NCBI RefSeq assembly: GCF_000260965.1
Contig: NC_017856.1
Coordinates: forward strand, 2,340,001 to 2,372,000
Origin: Methylophaga frappieri
GTDB lineage: Bacteria > Pseudomonadota > Gammaproteobacteria > Nitrosococcales > Methylophagaceae
Length of the DNA stretch: 32,000 nucleotides
Direction: 5' to 3'
Part shown: positions 8,303 through 16,399 of the stretch, piece after piece
Numbering within the stretch: position 1 is the stretch's first letter
How the letters are laid out: every line of letters begins with the position of its first letter
Notes under the pieces: model-generated
Told to the model about the DNA's origin: nothing
The model's database searches: none
The model's input: the letters and a program-made list of their open reading frames with translations, nothing else
Program-made: the position numbers and the translations under genes

Positions 8303-8332
8303 TGCAGCAACGTATGAACTTGAATTGCTGCA
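8303..8332 (+). terminator. Hairpin after fliD (possible weak terminator or processing site)
   Basis: TGCAGCAA (8303-8310) pairs with TTGCTGCA (8325-8332), an 8-bp stem with a 14-nt loop. No T-tract follows (AAAATC). It sits between the fliD stop and the sigma28 promoter of fliS. Confidence 0.3.
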
Positions 8333-8348
8333 AAATCAAGCCTATGGT

Positions 8349-8375
8349 TAAAGATATTTAGCCGGGAGCCGATAA
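8349..8375 (+). promoter_or_regulatory. Sigma28 (FliA) promoter for fliS-fliT
   Basis: TAAAGATA-N11-GCCGATAA. The -10 element is a perfect 8/8, the -35 element is 6/8, and the spacing is exact. It lies 45 nt upstream of the preferred fliS ATG. Confidence 0.7.
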
Positions 8376-8420
8376 TGATTATGTGTTTGGATCGCCACTG
8401 AAATGGAAAAGGACAAAAAC

Positions 8421-8831
8421 ATGAATTCCAATGTTGCAATGCAGCAGTATCGCCAGAATCATATTCATGGTGGCGTCGAAACGGCGACACCGCATCGATT
8501 GGTGCAAATGCTGATGGAGGGTGTCCTTGAAAAGCTGCTGGCAGCAAAAGGCTTTATGGCTTCTGGCCAGGTAGCCAAAAAAGGTGAGCATATCAGTTGG
8601 GCTATTTCCATTATCGACAGTTTACGCGCCTGCTTGAATACAGAAGTCGGTGGTGACGTCGCCATTAACCTGGGACGCTTGTATGATTATATGGAAGCGC
8701 GGTTACTGGAAGCCAATCTCAAAAATGACGCAACGATGATTGATGAAGTCGCGTCGCTGATGATTGAAATCAAATCCGGTTGGGATGCGATTCCTGCTGA
8801 ATTTCATGGCGAACCGGGCGTCAACCGATAA
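8421..8831 (+). CDS. fliS: Flagellin-specific export chaperone FliS
   Basis: FliS-like helical-bundle sequence (QQYRQN...TATPHRLVQMLMEGVLEKLLAAKG...LYDYMEARLLEANLKND). ATG 8421 is preferred because AAGGA sits at 8409-8413. The ORF-track ATG at 8403 has no SD but cannot be excluded. Confidence 0.88.
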   Translation: MNSNVAMQQYRQNHIHGGVETATPHRLVQMLMEGVLEKLLAAKGFMASGQVAKKGEHISWAISIIDSLRACLNTEVGGDVAINLGRLYDYMEARLLEANLKNDATMIDEVASLMIEIKSGWDAIPAEFHGEPGVNR

Positions 8832-9152
8832 ATGTCATTAACTGTCGCACAGGTGGAACAAGCCTGTCAGTTAACCCGCGAACAGATAACCAGAGCCCAG
8901 GCAGCAGATTGGGATGCCTTGCTGGCGGCAGAGCCAGCTCGTCAACAATTAATAACGCAGCTCAATACTGACGTCGATAACCAAGATATTGATCCGTCAT
9001 CACTGGGTGACTTGCGTGAAAGTTTTGAAATGCTGCAGTCACTGAATCAGTCGTTGCAATCGCTATGTCAGCAGCAGCGGAGTGAGATGGCAAAAAAAGT
9101 CGCAGACTTTAATCAGGGCAATAAAGCGCGTCAGGCATACGAAGATCGTTGA
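8832..9152 (+). CDS. fliT: Probable FliT-like flagellar chaperone (small helical protein)
   Basis: 106-aa ORF abutting the fliS stop (TAAATG). It is helical and Gln/Leu-rich, with the ADWDALLAAEPARQQLI motif typical of FliT. The position between fliS and fleQ matches P. aeruginosa PA1096. Called from position and composition, not strong identity. Confidence 0.55.
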   Translation: MSLTVAQVEQACQLTREQITRAQAADWDALLAAEPARQQLITQLNTDVDNQDIDPSSLGDLRESFEMLQSLNQSLQSLCQQQRSEMAKKVADFNQGNKARQAYEDR

Positions 9153-9161
9153 ATTTTTCCC

Positions 9162-9175
9162 GTCATTTTTTTGAC
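9162..9175. promoter_or_regulatory. Putative FleQ box (GTCA-N6-TGAC) overlapping the fleQ -35
   Basis: GTCATTTTTTTGAC has inverted half-sites GTCA/TGAC with an A/T spacer. An identical 14-mer recurs at 10742-10755. It resembles the P. aeruginosa FleQ consensus, which I recall as GTCaNTAAAtTGAC. Confidence 0.45.
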
Positions 9176-9200
9176 AATCAGTCAGGTGGATGCTTAACTT
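9171..9200 (+). promoter_or_regulatory. Candidate sigma70 promoter of fleQ
   Basis: Perfect -35 TTGACA at 9171-9176. An 18-nt spacer precedes a weak -10 TAACTT at 9195-9200. In pseudomonads fleQ is sigma70-dependent. The -10 element is poor. Confidence 0.3.
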
Positions 9201-9260
9201 CGTCTCTCTAGAGCAGAAAGCCATCCTTTCTGGTATCAATTGTTCAAGATGGGAGCCTGA

Positions 9261-10730
9261 ATGAGCAGTAATCAAGTGCTGGTTATCGAAGCCGACGCCA
9301 ATCGTCGCGAGACCTTATCGACGCTAATCACATTTATTAACTGTCATCCGGTTCTGGTCGCGCATCCACCGGAATGGGGAGCCGCAGTCGATGACCTGGA
9401 TAATATTGCCATGGTTATTATCGGGGATTGTGGTAGTGACCAACAGACAAGAGAATTACTTCGCTTGCTGGTCAATCATGAGTCCCGGCTACCGGTATTT
9501 ACCCTCGAACACGAACAACAAGCAGAGTCTGATTTCCCTGGCATCATTGGCGCTTTGCAATATCCAGTCAAATATCCCCAACTTAGCAATGCCTTGCAAC
9601 AGGCGACGGTATATCGTGGGCAACAGGAGAAAGCAGATCGCGCGCACCTGAATTTTCGTTTGCTGGTGGGTAACAGCCTGGCAATGAAACAGGTGCAACG
9701 GATGATAGATCAGGTGTCCGATTCAGAAGCAAATGTTTTGATTCTGGGTGAATCCGGCACAGGGAAAGAGGTCGTTGCGCGTAACTTGCATTATTTTTCT
9801 TCTCGCCGTGATAAACCTTTTGTGCCAGTGAATTGTGGTGCGATTCCGGGCGAGTTGTTGGAGAGTGAGCTTTTCGGTCACGAAAAAGGCGCTTTTACGG
9901 GAGCGATTACGGCGCGCAAAGGTCGATTTGAACTGGCTGAGGGCGGCACTTTGTTTCTGGATGAAATTGGCGATATGCCGATGCCGATGCAGGTGAAATT
10001 GTTGCGTGTCCTCCAGGAAAGAACGTTTGAACGCGTGGGTAGTACCAAAACACAACAAGCAAATGTCCGGGTGATCGCCGCCACACATCGTAATCTTGAA
10101 AGGCATATTGCAGATGGCTTGTTCCGTGAAGATTTGTTTTATCGGCTGAATGTGTTTCCGATTGAAATGCCAGCATTACGCGAGCGCCCGGAGGATATTC
10201 CGTTGCTCGTTTATGAAATCATCCAGCGTATCGAACACGAAAATCGAGGCTCAGTCAGATTAACGACCGCCGCCATGGCCGCACTATGCCGCTATAACTG
10301 GCCAGGCAATGTCAGGGAATTGGCCAATGTGATCGAAAGGCTAGTGATTTTATACCCGTACGATCTGGTTGATTTTGACCAATTACCGGAAAAATATCGA
10401 ATTGCAGGTGAGGCCTTGCCAGCGCATGTCAGCGCAGTGATAGCAGCCCGTCCGGAACCGGCATTGGCTAGACAAGTCAACAAAGAGCCTGCTTCGACTG
10501 AGGTGGAAGCCGAGGTGACAACCCTATCTTCCCCAGCGATCGCGAATGCATTACCGGAAGAGGGGCTGGACCTCAAAGAACATTTGGCACAATTGGAATT
10601 TTTCTTGATCCGGCAAGCGCTGGATGATGCGGCCGGCGTCGTGGCACACGCGGCACAACGACTCAAAATGCGGCGTACAACACTGGTTGAGAAAATGCGT
10701 AAACATGGTATCCAGCGTGAAGGTGAATAA
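9261..10730 (+). CDS. fleQ: Sigma54-dependent master flagellar regulator FleQ/FlrA (FleQ-type N-domain, AAA+, Fis-type HTH)
   Basis: 489 aa. Walker A is GESGTGKE, the sigma54-contact loop is GAFTGA, and Walker B is [10 protein letters not shown]. Other conserved blocks are [10 protein letters not shown] and [21 protein letters not shown]. The C-terminal HTH is [21 protein letters not shown]. Confidence 0.93.
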   Translation: MSSNQVLVIEADANRRETLSTLITFINCHPVLVAHPPEWGAAVDDLDNIAMVIIGDCGSDQQTRELLRLLVNHESRLPVFTLEHEQQAESDFPGIIGALQYPVKYPQLSNALQQATVYRGQQEKADRAHLNFRLLVGNSLAMKQVQRMIDQVSDSEANVLILGESGTGKEVVARNLHYFSSRRDKPFVPVNCGAIPGELLESELFGHEKGAFTGAITARKGRFELAEGGTLFLDEIGDMPMPMQVKLLRVLQERTFERVGSTKTQQANVRVIAATHRNLERHIADGLFREDLFYRLNVFPIEMPALRERPEDIPLLVYEIIQRIEHENRGSVRLTTAAMAALCRYNWPGNVRELANVIERLVILYPYDLVDFDQLPEKYRIAGEALPAHVSAVIAARPEPALARQVNKEPASTEVEAEVTTLSSPAIANALPEEGLDLKEHLAQLEFFLIRQALDDAAGVVAHAAQRLKMRRTTLVEKMRKHGIQREGE

Positions 10731-10741
10731 CAGGATGGTGA

Positions 10742-10755
10742 GTCATTTTTTTGAC
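10742..10755. promoter_or_regulatory. Putative FleQ box / upstream activating sequence (UAS) upstream of the fleS sigma54 promoter
   Basis: GTCATTTTTTTGAC, identical to 9162-9175. It is centred about 75 nt upstream of the predicted fleS transcription start. Confidence 0.45.
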
Positions 10756-10797
10756 TAAAAGTTATCTAACCAATTGTAATTGTTGGTAAAAATTTAA

Positions 10798-10813
10798 GGG
10801 CATATTTTTTGCA
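10798..10813 (+). promoter_or_regulatory. Sigma54 -24/-12 promoter of fleS-fleR
   Basis: GGGCATattttTTGCA, with GG at 10799-10800 and GC at 10811-10812. It lies 36 nt upstream of the fleS ATG. Confidence 0.7.
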
Positions 10814-10848
10814 GACAGTAGTAAAACCTGATACTGGAGTCAAAAAGT

Positions 10849-11958
10849 ATGCGTGCCAACTGGACTGAGCCTTACCCGCCTTATCGAAAAGAGACGACCT
10901 TGACGGTTGTCGAGACCGATGACAGTCGTTCTGCCAGCCGAATGAGCCGATTGCTAACCGTGTTACCGGCAGGTGTAATTGTTCTTGATGCTGCAGGTCG
11001 AATTCAGGAATACAATCCGGCAGCGATTGATTTGCTGGGTAAGCCATTGCAATACGAACCTTGGATCACGGTAATTAACCGAGCATTTCAACCTAGACCA
11101 GATGATGGTCACGATGTGTCTTTGCGTGATGGTCGCCGCGTCCATATTTCAACCAATCCGCTCGAAGGTGAACCGGGACAGATCGTGTTACTTCAAGAGG
11201 TGACCGAAACGCGTCGTCTGCAGAGCAAGGTCTCACATCTGCAACGGTTATCTGCCATGGGTGAAATGGCGGCACGGTTAGCCCATCAGATCCGTACTCC
11301 TTTATCATCGGCCATGTTGTATCTGTCGCCGTTATTGAAAGCAGAATCAGGTAGCACACAACAACGCTATGCGCAGCGCCTGCATGACAGTCTCAGCCAT
11401 ATGGAGCAGCTGGTTAGAAATATGCTGGCCTTTTCGCGTGGCGATATGGCCGCGCCAGCGCCTGTTTCGGTTGCAGAGTTACTCGAAGAAACAGCACGCC
11501 AGTTTCAAAATAATATGGCTACGGATCACTATCAGTTACAACTGAATAATCAAGTGAACGATGGCTATGTTTTTGGGAGTCAAACGGCGCTGTCCAGTGC
11601 CCTGTTAAATTTATTGAATAATGCGCGTGAGGCGTGTGGTGCAGCAGGCCAGATTATCCTTAGCGCCGAGTTGATTCGGGATGAGGCTGAGCAATATTGT
11701 ATTGAAATCAGTGTCGAGGACAATGGGGTCGGTATAGCTGAAGCCGATTATGAAAAAATCCTGCAGCCCTTTTATACCACTCGGTCGGCTGGTACGGGGC
11801 TGGGGCTGGCGGTGGTGCAATCGATTGCCAAGGCACATAAAGGCATATTGTGGCTGGATAGTGAACTGGGCGAGGGCAGTACCTTTAGCCTACGTTTGCC
11901 GGTTTATCAAGCGGTTCAATCATCTCGCGAATCTGTTTGCCAAGGAGCGGCCGTATGA
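10849..11958 (+). CDS. fleS: Cytoplasmic PAS-histidine kinase FleS/FlrB
   Basis: 369 aa with no obvious TM segment. The PAS-like region is LLTVLPAGVIVLDAAGRIQEYNPAAIDLLG. The H-box is MGEMAARLAHQIRTPLSS, the N-box is LLNLLNNAREA, and the G-boxes are DNGVGI and GTGLGLAVV. Its stop overlaps the fleR start (ATGA). Confidence 0.92.
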   Translation: MRANWTEPYPPYRKETTLTVVETDDSRSASRMSRLLTVLPAGVIVLDAAGRIQEYNPAAIDLLGKPLQYEPWITVINRAFQPRPDDGHDVSLRDGRRVHISTNPLEGEPGQIVLLQEVTETRRLQSKVSHLQRLSAMGEMAARLAHQIRTPLSSAMLYLSPLLKAESGSTQQRYAQRLHDSLSHMEQLVRNMLAFSRGDMAAPAPVSVAELLEETARQFQNNMATDHYQLQLNNQVNDGYVFGSQTALSSALLNLLNNAREACGAAGQIILSAELIRDEAEQYCIEISVEDNGVGIAEADYEKILQPFYTTRSAGTGLGLAVVQSIAKAHKGILWLDSELGEGSTFSLRLPVYQAVQSSRESVCQGAAV

Positions 11959-13316
11959 CTCAATCAAAAATAATTGTTGTCGAAGATGATGCTTCGTTAC
12001 GGCTCGCTGTTTGCGATACGCTGGAGATGGCTGGTTATCAGGTAATTGCTATGGAGGAAGGACAAAAAGCACTGGAGCAACTTCGCGTTGATGGCGTGGG
12101 GCTATTGCTCAGTGATTTGCAAATGCAGCCCATGGATGGTCACACGTTGCTAAAAAAAGCACGCAAACTGCAGCCGGCATTACCCGTGGTGTTGATGACC
12201 GCTTACGGTACGGTAAAAAGCGCCGTTGATGCGATGCAGGACGGGGCTTGTGATTATTTGATGAAGCCTTTTGATGCCGATGAGCTGCTTGCTCGGGTTG
12301 CGCGCTATATTCGTACAGTTCCAGCCACGAATGAGGTTGTTGCCGAGGCACCAAGTTCACGACATTTGCTTGGACTTGCTGAACGTGTCGCTGCCAGCGA
12401 TGCCACGGTTTTGCTGAATGGTGAAAGTGGCACAGGCAAGGAAGTGCTTGCCCGTTATATTCACCGCCATTCCCCGCGTCATGATGCACCTTTTGTGGCA
12501 ATTAACTGTGCGGCAATCCCAGAGTCAATGCTGGAAGCCACTCTGTTCGGCTATGAAAAAGGGGCGTTTACTGGTGCCAGCCAGGCCTATGCAGGCAAGT
12601 TTGAGCAAGCACATCAAGGCACCTTGTTGCTGGACGAAATTTCTGAAATGGATTTATCGTTGCAGGCCAAGTTGCTGCGTGTTTTACAGGAGCGTGAAGT
12701 CGAACGTCTTGGTGGCAGGAAGGTAATTCCGTTAAATGTACGCGTCATTGCCACCACCAACCGAACCTTAAATGAAGAAGTACAGGCAGGTCGGTTTCGT
12801 GAGGACTTATTCTATCGGCTTAATGTATTCCCCCTGCAATTATTACCGTTGCGTGAACGGCGTGAAGATATTCTACCGTTGGCGAATCAATTGCTGAACC
12901 GGCATTGCCAACAACAGCAAACACCTTTGCCGCAACTGGGTGAAGAAGCACAACAACGTTTGCTCAGCCACGATTGGCCGGGCAATGTGCGTGAGCTGGA
13001 TAATGTCATGCAGCGTAGTTTGATACTACAACAAGGCAACCTGATCACGGCGCAGGATTTAGCATTTCAGGCAATGAGTCAGAAAATGACGGTGTTGCCG
13101 GATGTCAGCATGCCGACAGCCGCGCTGGCGGAAGATAATATTGAAGGTGATTTACGCCACCATGAACAGCGCCATATTTTGGAAACATTGGCGCGCTATC
13201 AAGGTAGCCGGCGTAAAGCAGCCAAGGATTTAGGGATTAGTGAGCGCACACTGCGTTACAAAATATCCCGGTTTCGTGAGCAAGGTATTGCCATTCCGGG
13301 TAAAGCTGGCAAGTAA
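11955..13316 (+). CDS. fleR: Sigma54-dependent response regulator FleR/FlrC (REC, AAA+, HTH)
   Basis: The REC domain has IIVVEDD and LLLSDLQMQPMDG. The AAA+ domain has [14 protein letters not shown] and LLLDEISEM. The HTH is AAKDLGISERTLRYKI. Start set at ATG 11955 (MTQSKIIVVEDD), which overlaps the fleS stop, rather than the ORF-track 11937. Confidence 0.93.
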   Translation: MTQSKIIVVEDDASLRLAVCDTLEMAGYQVIAMEEGQKALEQLRVDGVGLLLSDLQMQPMDGHTLLKKARKLQPALPVVLMTAYGTVKSAVDAMQDGACDYLMKPFDADELLARVARYIRTVPATNEVVAEAPSSRHLLGLAERVAASDATVLLNGESGTGKEVLARYIHRHSPRHDAPFVAINCAAIPESMLEATLFGYEKGAFTGASQAYAGKFEQAHQGTLLLDEISEMDLSLQAKLLRVLQEREVERLGGRKVIPLNVRVIATTNRTLNEEVQAGRFREDLFYRLNVFPLQLLPLRERREDILPLANQLLNRHCQQQQTPLPQLGEEAQQRLLSHDWPGNVRELDNVMQRSLILQQGNLITAQDLAFQAMSQKMTVLPDVSMPTAALAEDNIEGDLRHHEQRHILETLARYQGSRRKAAKDLGISERTLRYKISRFREQGIAIPGKAGK

Positions 13317-13322
13317 TCTGCA
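13307..13322 (+). promoter_or_regulatory. Sigma54 -24/-12 promoter of the fliE operon
   Basis: TGGCAAgtaatCTGCA, with GG at 13308-13309 and GC at 13320-13321. The -24 element overlaps the last fleR codons. It lies 43 nt upstream of the fliE ATG. Confidence 0.65.
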
Positions 13323-13364
13323 TAGCAGCTTAACAGCGTCATTTTTTCAGCAGGAGTTACCACG

Positions 13365-13697
13365 ATGATTAATGCGATTGATCCCAACCAGCTACTGACC
13401 CAGTTACGTGCCATGCAAGCGCAGGCGAGTCCTGAACAGGTTCGCCCACAACAAGATTCAGCGCCGTCTGAGCGCCTTGATTTTGGTGATGTCATGAAGC
13501 AGGCAGTCAATCAGGTAAATAGCTTGCAACAAAGCTCATCGGCATTAAAAACCGGATTTGAGATGGGTGATCCGGGGATTGAACTCAGTGATGTCATGAT
13601 TGCATCGGAAAAAGCGGGTGTCGCTTTCGAAGCGACAGTACAGGTGCGAAACAAATTGATTGAGGCGTATCAGGAAGTCATGCGCATGTCGATTTAA
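13365..13697 (+). CDS. fliE: Flagellar hook-basal body complex protein FliE
   Basis: 110 aa with AGGAG at 13352-13356. The conserved C-terminus is ELSDVMIASEKAGVAFEATVQVRNKLIEAYQEVMRMSI. Confidence 0.93.
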   Translation: MINAIDPNQLLTQLRAMQAQASPEQVRPQQDSAPSERLDFGDVMKQAVNQVNSLQQSSSALKTGFEMGDPGIELSDVMIASEKAGVAFEATVQVRNKLIEAYQEVMRMSI

Positions 13698-13727
13698 CCT
13701 GTTCATCTTAGTAACTGAGAAAAGCTT

Positions 13728-15389
13728 ATGGAAAATGCGCCGGTAACCACTGCGTCACGTTCGACCAATACCCCTTTGGCAGTCATGCAGAGCAATATGG
13801 CGCAGCAGCCAATCGTGAAGCAAATCCTGTTTCTGGTGGCTATCGCTGCCAGTATTGCGGTCGGGGGCTATGTACTGATGTGGTCACAAACGCCGTCTTA
13901 TCAAGTCTTGTTTTCGGGGATGGCAGCACAGGAATCTGCCGAACTGGTTGAAACATTGAATCAGATGGGCGTTGATTACAAACTGGACCAGAATAGCGGC
14001 GCACTGCTAGTACCGGCATCGGAAGTTCAAAGCCTACGCCTGAAACTGGCAGCAGAAGGCTTACCCCGCAGCTCAGCGCAGGGCATGGAAATGCTTAATC
14101 AGGAACAAGGATTCGGTACCAGTCAATTTATAGAACAGGCTCGCTATCAACGTGCCATGGAGCAGGAGTTGGCGCGCTCCGTCAGCGAAATCCAAAATGT
14201 CCGCTCGGCGCGGGTTCACCTTGCCATTCCCAAGCAGTCAGTATTTGTTCGAGATCGTCGTCCACCAACAGCCTCCGTTGTGGTGAATTTGTTTGCTGGA
14301 CGTAGTCTGGATCAAGGGCATATCAACGCAATCAGTCACATGGTTGCCTCCAGCGTGCCTAACATGAATAACAGCGATGTCACCGTGGTGGATCAGCGCG
14401 GTAATCTGCTTAGCCAGCCTGAACGTGATAGCAATGTCGCACTCAGTGATAGTCAACTCGACTATACCCAGAAATTGGAGCAACACTATATTCGACGTAT
14501 CGAGGCTATTCTTGCACCAATGGTCGGTCTTGATGGCGTGCGGGCTCAGGTTGCTGCTGATGTTGATTTTACCCTGACAGAGCAAACGGCCGAAAGCTAC
14601 AACCCCGATATTGCAGCAATTCGCAGTGAGCAATTAACCGAAGAAGAGCGGGTTGGCAGTGCGGGCGCAATTGGTGTGCCCGGCGCGCTGACTAATCAAC
14701 CGCCTGGTGGTGCCATTGCTCCCGAGCAAACAGCACAAGCAAACGAGGATGACGAAACGACAACGCAAACAGTGGTGCCCGGCGCCAGTACCTCACGAAC
14801 AATTCGTAATTATGAGTTGGATCGTCGTATTAGTCATAGCCGCATGGCGCCAGGTGCTATTCGAAAACTCAGTATTGCCGTTCTGATTGATGAGCCCGTC
14901 AATGCACAAGGCGATCCCCAGCCATTACCGGCGTTACAATTGACCCGAATCTCGGCTTTGGTTCAGGATGCCGTTGGCTTTAGTGAGGCACGTGGCGATA
15001 GCCTCAATATTGTCAGTGCGCCGTTTAAAGCGCCGGTTGAGGCAGAGCCTTTACCTGAAATCCCACTTTGGGAGCAGGCTTGGTTCTGGACCGTGGCAAA
15101 ACAAGTTTTAGGTGCGCTGGTGGTGTTGTTTTTGATATTCGGTGTGATACGGCCTGCATTTAGAGATATCAGCAAAGCGCCGGCGAAAAGCCAAACCGAT
15201 GCGGTTGACGACGATACCGAGTCAGCGCGTAAAGCGGTGGCTGCTGGTGCTGGCGATGAAGAGATTGCTAAACTGGCTGGGGGTTCTGAAAAAGTGGAGG
15301 CGCAATTGGATAATGTCCGCAGTCTGGTTCAACAGGATCCGGCATTGGTTGCGCAAGTCGTTAAAAACTGGACAGCGAGTGATGCCTGA
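13728..15389 (+). CDS. fliF: Flagellar MS-ring protein FliF
   Basis: 553 aa. An N-terminal TM segment is followed by YQVLFSGMAAQESAELVETLNQMGVDYKL. Further conserved blocks are ARVHLAIPKQSVFVRD and a second TM near the C-terminus. Its stop overlaps the fliG ATG by 1 nt (TGATG). Confidence 0.95.
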   Translation: MENAPVTTASRSTNTPLAVMQSNMAQQPIVKQILFLVAIAASIAVGGYVLMWSQTPSYQVLFSGMAAQESAELVETLNQMGVDYKLDQNSGALLVPASEVQSLRLKLAAEGLPRSSAQGMEMLNQEQGFGTSQFIEQARYQRAMEQELARSVSEIQNVRSARVHLAIPKQSVFVRDRRPPTASVVVNLFAGRSLDQGHINAISHMVASSVPNMNNSDVTVVDQRGNLLSQPERDSNVALSDSQLDYTQKLEQHYIRRIEAILAPMVGLDGVRAQVAADVDFTLTEQTAESYNPDIAAIRSEQLTEEERVGSAGAIGVPGALTNQPPGGAIAPEQTAQANEDDETTTQTVVPGASTSRTIRNYELDRRISHSRMAPGAIRKLSIAVLIDEPVNAQGDPQPLPALQLTRISALVQDAVGFSEARGDSLNIVSAPFKAPVEAEPLPEIPLWEQAWFWTVAKQVLGALVVLFLIFGVIRPAFRDISKAPAKSQTDAVDDDTESARKAVAAGAGDEEIAKLAGGSEKVEAQLDNVRSLVQQDPALVAQVVKNWTASDA

Positions 15390-16399
15390 TGGCCGAGCAA
15401 AGCCGTAAATTAACGGGCACTGAAAAAGCGGCAGTTTTCCTGCGCAGTATTGGCGAAGCAGATGCGGCATTAGTGCTGAAGCACATGAATCCCAAGGAAG
15501 TACAGAAAATTGGTCAATCGATGGCAACGTTGACTAATGTGACCCGTGATGAGGTGCGCAGCGTATTGGGTCAGTTTGTTGAGACCGTGGAAAAAGAGAC
15601 CGGACTGGGTATTGGCTCGCATGATTATGTGCGCCGAATGTTAGTCGGTGCCTTAGGAGAAGATCGCGCAAGCAGCCTACTGGATCGGATCTTATCCGGG
15701 GGCAATACTAATGGCCTTGATCAACTTAAATGGATGGACGCCAGAGGGATTTATGAAGTGATCCGTCTGGAGCATCCTCAGATCGTGGCGATTGTCTGTT
15801 CGTTTCTTGAAGCCGATCAAGCGGCGGCTGTGTTGAATTTGTTTCCAGAGCGCGATCAATCGACAATTTTGTTGCGTATTGCCACCCTTGAAGGAGTCCA
15901 ACCGGCGGCGTTGAATGAGTTAAACGAAATTCTGGAAAAACAGTTTTCTGGTAATGCCGGAACGCAGACGGCAACGGTTGGCGGTCCCAAAACGGCGGCG
16001 GATATTCTCAACTTTGTTGATGGCAGTACCGAAGCGGCTATCATGGAAAAAATCAAAGAAGCCGAGCCGGACCTGGGGCAAAACATTGAGGATCTGATGT
16101 TCGTCTTCGATAATTTGATTGATGTCGATGACCGTGGCATACAGACGTTGATGCGTGAAATTCAGACGGATCAGCTGCAACTGGCACTGAAAGGTGCCGA
16201 TGAAAGTCTGAAAGAAAAATTCCTGAAGAATATGTCGCAGCGGGCAGCGGAAATGTTGCGCGATGATTTGGAGGCGATGGGTCCGGTTCGGGTCAGTGAT
16301 GTTGAAAGTGCCCAGAAAGCAATATTGTCTACCGCACGCAGCTTGTCTGATAAAGGCGAAATCATGTTAGGCGGAAGTGGTGGCGATGACTTCATCTGA
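15389..16399 (+). CDS. fliG: Flagellar motor switch protein FliG
   Basis: 336 aa. Conserved blocks are LTGTEKAAVFLRSIGEADAALVLKHMNPKEVQKIG, FVFDNLIDVDDRGIQTLMREI and MSQRAAEMLRDDLEAMGPVRVSDVESAQKAI. Confidence 0.96.
   Translation: MAEQSRKLTGTEKAAVFLRSIGEADAALVLKHMNPKEVQKIGQSMATLTNVTRDEVRSVLGQFVETVEKETGLGIGSHDYVRRMLVGALGEDRASSLLDRILSGGNTNGLDQLKWMDARGIYEVIRLEHPQIVAIVCSFLEADQAAAVLNLFPERDQSTILLRIATLEGVQPAALNELNEILEKQFSGNAGTQTATVGGPKTAADILNFVDGSTEAAIMEKIKEAEPDLGQNIEDLMFVFDNLIDVDDRGIQTLMREIQTDQLQLALKGADESLKEKFLKNMSQRAAEMLRDDLEAMGPVRVSDVESAQKAILSTARSLSDKGEIMLGGSGGDDFI

Noticed and set aside
8299-8591. Minus-strand ORFs of 82 and 70 aa spanning the fliD-fliS spacer and the 5' end of fliS
   Set aside because: They overlap a near-consensus sigma28 promoter and the fliS coding region on the + strand. 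They show no motifs and have atypical composition.
10742-10756. AGTCA-T6-TGACT after fleQ read as a terminator hairpin
   Set aside because: The stem is only 5 bp with an all-T loop. The same 14-mer occurs upstream of fleQ, where a terminator makes no sense, so a protein-binding site is the better explanation.
10766-11047. 93-aa minus-strand ORF across the fleQ-fleS intergenic region
   Set aside because: It overlaps the sigma54 promoter and the start of fleS. It would run antisense in a uniformly + strand operon block, and it has no recognisable features.
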